Shown: in pieces, positions 48,939 through 59,149 of the stretch
Position numbering within the stretch: position 1 is the first letter of the stretch
Layout of the letters: every line of letters starts with the position of its first letter
Assembly: GCA_907165135.1 (NCBI GenBank)
Contig: OU015569.1
Location: 930,001-994,000 of the forward strand
Direction of reading: 5' to 3'
Length of the DNA: 64,000 nt
From: Oikopleura dioica
Lineage: Eukaryota; Animalia; Chordata
The notes under the pieces: generated by a model
What the model was told of the DNA's origin: nothing
The model's input: the letters and a program-made list of their open reading frames with translations, nothing else
Database searches by the model: none
Position numbers and translations under genes: made by a program

Positions 48939-51404
48939 ATGAGCAGCAAAAACAGCATCAAGCAGCCAAAACCCATCCTCAAGAAGGCCAGGGACGATCC
49001 AGAGGTGGAAGTCGACGAAGAAGAGGGCAAGATCTTCAGACGCCACCGGGCGAAGGTGGTCAGGGAGTTCACTGCACTTACGGAGGAGCTGGTCAAAGGA
49101 AAAGAGTCAAAAAAAAAAACAATTCATTTAGAATTAAAACAGTTAAAGACTCTCTTAAAAAAGGTCTCTTGGACGAAAGCCTCAAAATACCTCTCCAGAA
49201 GCACATGGAAGCGATAGCGGAAGCATCAAGACTCCTGTCGAAGACGATCAGAGAATCCTTCGACGATCTAGAGGAAGAACACCACCACCAGACGCCAGAA
49301 GCCCTCTTCTACTCAGCTCTGAACGTCGCCAGAAACTACGTCGACATCCCCTGGATCATCAGCCTCGTCTACCTCGAGGAAGGCGAAGACATCGAAGCAG
49401 CCAGGCCCAGCTACTGGGACAAGATCGCCGACGTCAAGGCAAACCGGAACTTCCGGTTTTTAGAGGACAGACCACTCTCCAAGGAAGAACGAAGAGAGAC
49501 GAGGAGAAGCATCAGAAAGCAGCTTATGAGGGAAAAGGGCTGGGAGCACGCGAAAGCGAATTCCTACGCGGTCAAGTACCTCCTCGACCTGCCGAAAGAC
49601 GAAGCGACCCAGACTCCAGCAGCACCTCAGAAGCAGCAAGAGTGCCAGACGGATCCAGGAAAGGTTTAATCACCAACAGAAAAATTACTAAAAGTAAAAA
49701 AAAAAAATCTGTCAGAATAAACAAGTGATTAACCTTCACAAAAGACTTGGCCCAGACAGAAGCTGAAGCCGCCAAGCAGCCTGAGATGCAAGAGGAGGAC
49801 AGCAGCGGCATCGACACCCTCCCCGAGGGCGTAGCCGTGGGCGACGAAGGAGACGACTCAAGCAGCGAAGACGACGATTCCTACAACGCCCAGTCAGGAA
49901 AGGATTTATTAATGCTCATAAATAAATAAAATGATAAGGAGCATTTATAAACCTAGAAAAGATCCGAGCCAGTTCGACCCTCCAGCCGTCAAGAACCCAG
50001 AGCAGCTCAAGCCAGTCGTCGAAGCTGACAGCGATGAGGAAGCAGAGGAGGACGTCGAGGACGCTAAAGGAAAGGGGAAAAACAAAAATAAAAATGAAAA
50101 CGTAAGCTTACAAATCCTAAAGAACTTCAATCTCTAGAAAAACCAAAATAATCCCCTCAGAAGGACAAGAGTTCAAGGGCTTCCCAGCCCAGGACCGGCA
50201 GAAGGAGCCAGAACAGTCCAGCTTCCAGGGAAAAGCTCAACTTCGACGCAGAATGGGCCGAGCGAATCGCAGGAGCGGCCTGGACGAACAAAAGCTTCAA
50301 GAGCAGCTCAAGAAAGAAGAAGAAGAGACCCTTCAGCGCCAGAAAGAACTGGAAGCGAAACGAGAGCAAGCAGAAGCTCAGCGACGCCAGCAAGCCCTCG
50401 AGATGCGCAAGCTTCAAGAAGAACAGGAGATCCAGCGACGACAGGAATTCCTGAAGAAGCAGCAAGAAGAAGCTGAGAAGCGCGAGCTCGAAAAGAAACT
50501 GGAAGCGGCGAGAAAAGAGAAGGCAAAACTGGAAGCGAAAGCGGCGGCGAAGCGACAGGTAGAAGAGAACACCAGAATCCGCCAGGAATACTTCGAGAAG
50601 AAGGAGCAGCAGGAACGAGAAGCCAAACAGCGCCAGGAAGCCGCCCAACAGAAGCTGCAACAGGAAACCGCCAAAGCCGCCAAAGCCGCCCAGTCCGACG
50701 ACATGCCGCTCAAGAACCCCCGAGTCAGCGTCTTCCAAGTGGCCGAAACTGGAGAGCGAGGAAATTACTATTTCCTCACTAAAAAACAAGGAAAGGGGAA
50801 AACTTTTTATATTTTTTACAAAAATCTAAAAACATAAATACAAAATAAAACAAAAAGTAAACCCTCAAAAAGCCAAGCTCATGGATAAGGCCAGCGTCCG
50901 CGAAGCCCTCAACTACAAACGCAGCTACAACGACAAGCTCAGCGAGGAGGAACGCCAAGCAGTCAAGGAGGCTTGGTACAGCAGCGTCAGCTTCGAGAAA
51001 TTCTCCAACACCAGGAAGCCTGACCACAAACTCGCAAAGTATCACCGAGCGAGCGGCTGGGTAATCAAGGATGAGCCTCCCTTCAACGCTTCAGACCTCA
51101 TCCGCAGCCACGAGATTCGAATGTGCCACTACGTGTTCGAATTTTTAAATTACAGAGGCATCAAGCGGCGATTCAAAGAAGCATACGGTAAGCCAAAAAT
51201 CATACTTCCAAAAACTAATAGCGATTTTCAGAAGCCGGCCTCATCGACCCACAGCGGCTGGACGTCCTCATGGTCTTCACCATGAAAATCGTTGGTGGAA
51301 GGCTGGTGAAGTTCATCCGCCAGATGTTCGTCCGCTGTTTCCGCGACCACGACATCGCCATCCCCAGCATCAACGTCGAAGCAGCCCCAGAGACAAACTA
51401 CTAA
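48939..51404 (+). CDS. Element ORF-B, ~677 aa acidic/coiled-coil protein, about 7 exons
   Basis: Exons 48939-49098, 49164-49658, 49745-49897, 49962-50069, 50161-50790, 50873-51187 and 51232-51404 join in frame via phase-1 introns. EK/Q/R-rich coiled coil at 50280-50690. Confidence 0.65.
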
Positions 51405-51885
51405 GCAGCTCAAGCATCGAAGCATCTACAGACAAGGAAATTGTCTTCCAAATTTGCATTCTGCCTCAAATTTTTCCTCTTTATCTTCAAACTCACTGAA
51501 AAAAAAATCTTCAAATGGCAGAAGCCAACTGTACTAGAATAAATTAGAAAGTCTCACTAGAAGACAAAAGACTCTTTCTTAAAAAAAAAAGACTTAGCAG
51601 AATTTGCAACTCAAACTAAAAATAAAAACGAAATAAAAGAATTCTTAAATTCAGAAGCCAAAAAATACCTTGTCTCGGGCATGGAAGCGGCTAAAGAAGC
51701 CGACGCTCTGGAGCTTCTAGTGCCCTCAGCTTCAGGAATAGGCAGCAGAGAGTCTGTTTCTCAAGATAGTCAAGCTACTTAATTATTTGAAATCAGGACT
51801 GATTCTAGTTTCGGTATTCTTACTTTAAGTTCCGAAGCCCAAGCAGCAAGGCCAAAAACGGCTAAACCTATTAAAATCCTCCTTT

Positions 51886-53250
51886 ATGATTCCCAAAAAA
51901 AATGGATCAATAATAAAGATGCTAAGCCTCAGACAAGAAGAATCCCTCAACAGCAGAGACTCAGTGGATTCAGACAATGCACCAGAGGCAGCCATCGCAG
52001 ACGAGCCCCGAATGGCCCAAAGCGAAGAGCCGAAGGCATCAAAAACCAGCCTGAAGCTAGAAATCCTCAAGAGTCTGATCTGGGACATTCAGAACAGCCT
52101 CAACACAAACGCGGCGGTGCCGCCCAAAAGAATCGCATGCTACGGAGAAACGGTAGCCGAAAAAATGTCCAACCTAGTGAAAGAGGCAATAAAAATAATT
52201 TCCGAATCCCAAGAAGCATCAAACCAAGTCCGAAAGATTCTGACTCAGATGGAGGAGGAAGAAACTGAAGCAGCAGAAGCTATAGAAGCTTTTCAAGCAA
52301 TCGCAACCATTTCTCACGCCACCTCTATCAAAATCAACCGCCGGCTAGCCTCGACTAACAAAATCGAGATCGAAGAACTCCAAAACATGCTCCAAAACAA
52401 AGTTCGACCAATAGTGGAAAATCTTATGAAACAAGTCCACAAGTCGCAAGTTTTTTGCTCAAAAGAGCTCGTGTTCTGGGCCAAAATGATGGAGCCCTCG
52501 GAGCAAGACTCAGTATGCAGCGAGCAGCTACTGAAGCTGGAAGAAGCCGTAACGTGGATCCTTGAGAAGCTCTGGAGTCAATCAGCAGCGGCAATCCTCC
52601 GAATGGCCTTGGCGAAATGTGAAAAACCAGCATCTATGACCTCGAAAACCTCGCCAAGATTTGTCATGCTTACGCATATCTGGAACCTGAGATTCAAACA
52701 AATCCTCAAAAGACAAGAAAGCGACAGAGAAGCGGCCTTCACGAACGAGCAGCAAATAGCAGCGGCCATCTCAAGGGCGATTTTCGGAGATATACTTTTC
52801 CAGATAACCAATACCCGCTGCATTTTCCCGAGGCTCCTGGCAAGTGCAGCACGCTCAGCATGGACCCACCTTAACAGCATGATAGGCGAATCCAACCCCA
52901 TCAGCTGCATCCTCAAAACTTTCCTTGCCAACATTGATTCAAATCCTAGCTTCACGGCGTGGGACGCGATTCTATCGCTTAGAAAAATCTGGCCGAACCG
53001 TGACAGCATCCCCGAGGCGGAATATAAAATCCTCAACTTGGGCGGGATCGATGATAGAATCGAACGGGGAATCGCTTACCCTGCCTCACTAAAGGGAACG
53101 ACATACGAGAAGCTATTTTGGCGCATCCCAATCCCTCGAAGCTTCGAATACAATGGATTCTACGGCCGAGGAAGCAAGAGAAAGAGAGAAGACGAAGAAG
53201 CCAGCGACATGGGCGAGCATCAAGGCAGAAATGGAGGCATTAGCAGCTAA
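51886..53250 (+). CDS. Element ORF-C, 454 aa, unknown (helical, possibly Gag-like)
   Basis: Uninterrupted ATG-started ORF immediately upstream of pol. No motif recognised. Confidence 0.7.
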   Translation: MIPKKNGSIIKMLSLRQEESLNSRDSVDSDNAPEAAIADEPRMAQSEEPKASKTSLKLEILKSLIWDIQNSLNTNAAVPPKRIACYGETVAEKMSNLVKEAIKIISESQEASNQVRKILTQMEEEETEAAEAIEAFQAIATISHATSIKINRRLASTNKIEIEELQNMLQNKVRPIVENLMKQVHKSQVFCSKELVFWAKMMEPSEQDSVCSEQLLKLEEAVTWILEKLWSQSAAAILRMALAKCEKPASMTSKTSPRFVMLTHIWNLRFKQILKRQESDREAAFTNEQQIAAAISRAIFGDILFQITNTRCIFPRLLASAARSAWTHLNSMIGESNPISCILKTFLANIDSNPSFTAWDAILSLRKIWPNRDSIPEAEYKILNLGGIDDRIERGIAYPASLKGTTYEKLFWRIPIPRSFEYNGFYGRGSKRKREDEEASDMGEHQGRNGGISS

Positions 53251-53337
53251 AGGAGCTTTCGAAAAAATGAACCGCAACATTATCTCACCTGTCACAATCT
53301 TAGAATCACCACTAAAAGGCCCAAAAACTCTCGAAGA

Positions 53338-55687
53338 GTGGAAAATTTACGAGTCAAAGCTGCTGCACAGAGTCTTAGACGTTTTGGAACACCGAGAAAA
53401 GCCAGATTGGACCACTTTGTTTTTCAAAAAGAAGCAGACTTCATCTCAGGAATCTGGACGCACAATAAGGAGAATTGGAGGACGCTCATTCATCAGATGC
53501 CGGAAAAGGTAAAGCCGCTCATCTACCACTTCGTCATGAACGGAGCAGATCTCTTTTTGAATCTAAAGGCGATCCCTCATACGAAGCCAGTGGAGTTCAA
53601 GAAAAAGAAGCTGGTCACAAGATGGAAGAGGAATCACGCAAACTCGGACGCGATAAAGAAGCTTGGCGGGAACCTCAAGACCTGGTACAACGGCCGCCTC
53701 AGGCTTTCAAAGTTCGTACCAAAACCCTACGAAAAGATCGGGAAAAGATTCAAAAAGCTGCAAGTTGCAAGCCAAGAAGCAGTCAAAGAAAGAAACGAAG
53801 AAATAATCGACCAAATATCCAAGTGGTGCAAAATGGGATCAATCTCAAGGCTCCCCGAAGCATCTAAAGATTCGTGGCTACAATCAGGATTTATTCTGGT
53901 AGACAAGCCGGGCAGAGAGACCAGAGTCTGCCTCAATGGGGGAATCTTGAAGCCGCTGCAGCTCTACAGCTTCCCCTGCAAACTGGAAGCGGTCGGAACA
54001 GCCATCCAGATGCTCAAAAAAGGGGATCTGCTCTACAAGTTTGATGATAAAAAAGGTACGTAAAAAGAAACAATATACCAAAAGTAACCGTCTCCTTTTC
54101 TCCAGGTTTTCATCAGCTGCCGCTTTCAGAAGAAAGCAAAAAGATGGCATGCTTCGGATGGGGCGGCCAAAGATTCAAAAATAACATCCTTGCGTTTGGC
54201 CTCCCAGCAGCACCAGGCATCTACCAGCTTATGAATCTATGCGGCGTAAATTTTCTTAGAAAGAATGGCATCAAAATCACGCTTTACCTCGACGACAGAC
54301 TCCTCATCGTCTCACCAGCTTCGGAGGAAGATAGAAAGCAGCTTCTGGAAGGAAAGAAAATCAGCAGAGAAGTGTGGGCAACAGCAGCTACATTAGTGGC
54401 GCTCGGCGGCTTCGTAAACATCGAGAAAAGTACTTTTCTCCCCACCCAAAGACTCGAGTTCCTAGGATTCATCCTCGACACGACCAAGGAAACAGTCGAG
54501 ATTCCGCCGCAGCGATGGAAGGCTCTCACTGCACTCATGGAAGAGGCACAAAATAAACAACTGGTAGAAGCGAAGCTGCTAGAACGAATCAGAGGAACAA
54601 TGGCAAGTATGGCAGAAGTTTTCTCCAACATGAGACTCCTGATCAGGCAAACGACACTCCTCATAAAACAGGCCGACAACAAAAACCTCGAGAAAGTCCA
54701 ACTTACGCCTCAGATCAAGGCAGAATGGGCAAGATGGAAGAAGCTGGAAGAAAAAGGACTCTCAAGAATCTGGACGCAGAACAGCCGCCAAGAAACAGGT
54801 CTGATCATCTACACAGACGCGTCATCACACGCAGGAGCCATCGTCATTGAACAATGGGGCTTAGAAGAAAAATTTGCCTGGGAAGCCGATTTAGCCGACA
54901 AGCACATTTGCATCAAAGAAGCCATGGCCATCCTCTACGCTGTCGAATGGTATGGCCCAAAGTTCGAAAATAAAAGAATCCTCTTTCTTTGTGACAACGA
55001 CTCGGTCGTCCAAGGAATAATAGCCGGAAGCAAAGACCTCGAGATGAACGACATCCTAGTCAGAATCTGGGAAATCGCTCAAAGATTCAACATCGACTTA
55101 AAATGCGACTGGGTCAGCACTAAAAAGCAGCTGGCAGATGCACCTTCGAGAATCATCGACTCAAGAGAGCAGCGACTAACGGCAAACGGCTTCGCATATC
55201 TGCAATCGCATCTCACGGACGCGCTGGACGTCGACGTGGCAGCAACGGTAAGTGAATAAGAAGGCGCCAAAACGCCAGAAACCAACCCAAAGAGAAAAAA
55301 GATCGAATTATTCTTTTTTTTAAGATCCTGAATTCAAAATGCAAGGACTTCATAAGCCGCAGAGAATCAAAAGGAGCGCTTGGAGCAGATTTTCTCAGCT
55401 TCCCCATCCATAAGCTCATGGGCAGAAAACTTTATGCCTTCCCGCCGCAAGCAGTGGCTTTCAGATACTTCAAGCGGCTTACAGAAATTCCGACGCCGTG
55501 GGTACTACTCGTGGCCATCTTCGAGACCGAAACGGCAGTCATCGCAGAAGCTAGATCAAGAGGCTACAGAATCTTCGACCTTCCATCAGACTCCATCTTG
55601 ACCCCAGCAAAAGTAAAAACCACAGCAGGCTACTGGAAAATAGCATCTAATATCTCAACTGTAAAAGCTGTAGCACACAGACTCTAA
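53338..55687 (+). CDS. pol: reverse transcriptase, RNase H and DIRS-type methyltransferase-like domain (3 exons; start undefined)
   Basis: RT: FDDKKG|FHQLPL, AFGLPAAP, YLDD, LEFLGF. RH: YTDAS, HICIKEAMAI, CDNDSV, LADAPSR. MT: DVAAT|ILNSKC..F.S...YAFPP. Introns at 54056-54105 and 55248-55324. Confidence 0.95.
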
Positions 55688-55777
55688 AAGCTGCTTCCAC
55701 TCGTAACATTTCCCACTCAAGAGAGTACAAGCCTTGAAATAAAAAGACCCTCTCTTTAGATCAAAAAAAAAGCTAGA

Positions 55778-57015
55778 ATGGCCGAACGCCAAAACGTGTT
55801 GTCCATGGTGAAGGAGCACCTAGCAGCAACGCAGCACGACTCAAAAACTAGAGCCACCCGATTCGCCATCACCCAGGCGGAATATGACGCTGCAAAAGAT
55901 GCGCCCGAAGCTTCAGGCGACATCCAACGACTCCAACTCGAAATCGATGACATCAGAGGCGACTTGGCAATGCACGATAGCATCACCGACGAACTCATCG
56001 TGAGTACCAGGGATACAAAAAAAAAAAAGAAAATCCCTTCATTTTTAGGCCGAGATGAAAACGCTCGTCGAGAATCGGGAAAGAAGCATCGCCATCAAGG
56101 CCGCCGAACCCAACGCCAGAAAGCGAACCGCCGAGGAGAATCAGTTCTACGACAAGAACAATCCAAAGGAGATCGCCGAGGTCCTCGAGAAGCTTAGCAG
56201 CAAGAAAATGGAGCGCTACAACGCGAAGTCCGGAATGCTCAAAGCCATCAAGATCCGCGAAGCGGAAATTGCAGACCTAACCTTCAAGAAAGGCGACTCA
56301 GCAGCAACTCACACAGAAGTTGACCCAGTCACGGGCAAAATATCCTACTTCAAGGTAATGGGGAAGAAAAGAAATTAAAAATAAACACCGATTCTAGACC
56401 CAAGTAGCAGCAATTGACCTCAACCAGCACGAAGGGGAAAACATCGACGACATGGGCCGTCTCTTCCGCCAATTCGTCACAGACCCGAAGAAGCAACGAA
56501 GCTTCAAAGGAGCAGAGCTTCTCGAGCTGCTTAGACGCTACAAAGAAGCCATGGGACCTGAGCACTCCGCGAAGCCAGTGGTCACGGCCATCATCGACAC
56601 GCTGATCAAGATGCCAGACATGCCAAGACGAAATGCGCTGCTCCGCTGCTCCTCCCTCATGACAGCAACCACCCAGCACGATTTCGATTACACGCTCAGC
56701 ATGAATTGGACCACACCGCACCACAAGAAATGGATGCAAGCGGCAATGGACGGTTCGGAAGACTGGCGAAACAACGGCAAAGACGGAAACAACAAAAAAG
56801 GACGCCGAGGGGGTTTTAACGACCAAGGCACGTACAAAAAACAGCGAACAGACCAACCCAACGGCCAGAAAACTGACCAATCGGAAGACCAGAAGGGCAA
56901 GAGCGGCAGAGGACGCGGAAGAGGTCGAGGCAGAGGTCGGGGCCGCGGAAGAGGAGGCGCCAGCAACTCCAACAGCAACGCCAAGAAGCTTCAGGACCAA
57001 GGAGGCGTCGAATAA
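55778..57015 (+). CDS. Element ORF-D, 381 aa, C-terminal RG-repeat (putative nucleic-acid-binding/Gag-like), 3 exons
   Basis: GT-AG phase-0 introns at 56000-56048 and 56355-56397 join three ORFs. Ends in GRGRGRGRGRGRGRGG. Confidence 0.8.
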
Positions 57016-57200
57016 AGCTGCTAATAAAAAAATCCTAAAAACTGCCCTGAAAACTAGCGAGTTCTCCCAGCTTCTTTAGTAAAAAAAGAAGCAACCCTCT
57101 CCCAGCTGCATTTAGCGTCGCCCGCAGCAATTTAAAAAATCTCTTAAAAAAAAAAGAATATAATAATGCAAAAAGCTTCAGGTCAATTTGTACTTCAGAA

Positions 57201-58365
57201 ATGACCTGGCTAGAATTCGAGCATCTAAAGGAAATCTGGGACGTTACGGAAGCGCTCACGAACCCCGAAGCGGAAGAAGCTGATGACGAATCCACCATCC
57301 AGAACTTTCTGGACAGACTCTTGGATAAACCGAAGCTCAAGGCTTATGCCTACGGCAAGGGCGTAGTCATTATCCAAGACGTAGCCGCATCGAAGCTAAA
57401 AAAGCCGCTCACTTCGAAGCTCAAGCGCCAAATCAAGCTTTGGTGCGAACGAAGGGCCAGAGAGTCAGCAAAAGAATCTCTCCAGTTCCCAAAGGTAAAG
57501 CAGCTACACAGCTCAGCCATTTAACTCGACAACTCAGCAAGCAGAAGTGCTCGACGAACCAGAAGCTGTAAAACTCTGGGACGAGCTCATGGAAACCAAC
57601 AAGCCCAAGCCTCGGGAGGTTGCTGTCGCATTCTTTGTCACCTACGTGACAGGAGCTAGAATGGGGGAAGCACTGAGCCTCAGAATCGAGGACCGAAGCA
57701 TCATGAAGGAAGCAGCTAAAGAATTCTGGCGCTTCCATATCAGAAGCAGCAAGACGGACCCTTTCTGTAAAAGAATGGAAACGCTCAATATCCCCATGAA
57801 TATAAACCACGGAGTGCCGCTAGCAGAAGAACTACGACACCTGGTCCGAGACAAAAACTCTGGTGAGAAAAAGCCTCAAAAAAAAAGAGGGAAGCCATAA
57901 AAATAACCCATTTTTAGGCCTGCTTTTTCCGCTGCTGGACGAAAAGACAAGCATTGCGGGGGACTACCTAAGGCGATACAGCGATAAGGCAAGAATCGGA
58001 AAAAAGGTAAGCCCGAAAACTTTTCAAAATAATCAACGCTTCAGGTTTCAGCACACTCCGGCCGAGTAAGCTTCTACATCGAAGGCCGCCGAGCAGGACA
58101 ATCGCAAAGTACACTAACCCACACAATGCGTTGGGCCCCGGGAAGCGCGATGCCAGATTACTACGAACGATGCTGGCTAGAATGCACAGACGACGGAGCG
58201 CCAGCAGCCATCGCGGAAGCTAGAGCAGCGAAAAGAAGAATCTCTAACCATTCAGAAGCTGAGAGCCCCGCCCAAAGCGACAACGAACAAGGCGAAGGCA
58301 TTACCAAGAGAGCACGTACAGACGTCGAACCTAGCAGCAGCACAGCCGAAATCCCAGAAGCTTAG
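57201..58365 (+). CDS. Tyrosine recombinase, 342 aa, 4 exons
   Basis: Catalytic set R (TGARMGE), K (SSKTD), HxxR (AHSGR), W (MRW) and Y (PDYY), restored by GT-AG introns at 57495-57537, 57863-57917 and 58007-58044. Confidence 0.92.
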
Positions 58366-58494
58366 AAGCAGCGGGCAATTAGCCAAGCTCCTTCACTAAG
58401 AATACCAAAAAACTGCCTTCTCCTCTCTTTTATATGCCATAAAATAAAGAGTCAGTTATTTTCCAAATGATGAGAATAACAAAAATGGTAGGGA

Positions 58495-58985
58495 GGGAAT
58501 ATTCCTGTTACCATATTTATTAATGCGTGATTACTATACGAATATAGGATAAGGATTAGCAGCTCCATGGCTCGGCGAGCTCGGATTAGCAGCGAAGGAA
58601 GCAGGAGCGCCATGACCTAGTTCTAGAAGCGGGAGGTGACACGGGCGTAAGAGAGCGAGTCACAAAAAGAAGCTGCTAGGAATCACGCAAGTCAGTTCCG
58701 AAAATTATAGCCCCAGGCTATAATTTCTAATAGGGAAGGTTAAGAGAATTTTGAGAGCCGCCAAACTCGCGCAGCCGAGATTTCAAACAACTCTCAAAAA
58801 ACTCACCCACCCTCCATCCCTAAGAACGAAAACGATAGTATGTAGGTAAAACGAGCACACGCTTACATACTACCCATTCCATAACCTAGACTCCCGATCT
58901 CCGAGCGGAGTCTCCCATAGTATAGTAATTGCGCGTGCTCGGGAATATTCCTGTTACCATATTTATTAATGCGTGATTACTATAC
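58495..58985 (+). repeat. 3' repeat block B1-A2-spacer-B2
   Basis: B1 58495-58539 abuts A2 58540-58805, then a 135 bp unique spacer, then B2 58941-58985. Confidence 0.95.
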
Positions 58986-59149
58986 AAACGGAGAATCTTC
59001 TAAAAAGTTTCTTTTCGACAATCGGATATTACAGTAGTGCGAGGAGGATAGAACCAACTAAAGTCAACCTCGGGTCACGAAGGTAACAAATAAAACCCAG
59101 CAAAAAACCAAACAGAAAAGCCAGCCAAACAAATAAAAACTATTCTTAT

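Larger units (their letters stand above)
44137..58985 (+). mobile_element. Giant DIRS-group (PAT-like) tyrosine-recombinase retrotransposon with split direct repeats
   Basis: A1 44137-44402 = A2 58540-58805 (266 bp). B1 58495-58539 = B2 58941-58985 (45 bp). Encodes RT, RNase H, a DIRS-type methyltransferase-like domain and a YR. No TSD, no DDE integrase, no protease motif. Confidence 0.95.

Noticed and set aside
50157-50789. 210-codon Leu/Phe-rich minus-strand ORF resembling a multi-pass membrane protein
   Set aside because: Antisense shadow of the AAG/GAA/CAG-rich coiled-coil exon of ORF-B. The same applies to 56350-57000 and the other minus ORFs across the element.
44137-58805. Classical LTR retrotransposon with 266 bp LTRs
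   Set aside because: No TG...CA ends, TSD, protease or DDE integrase. The B repeats and YR identify a split-direct-repeat element.
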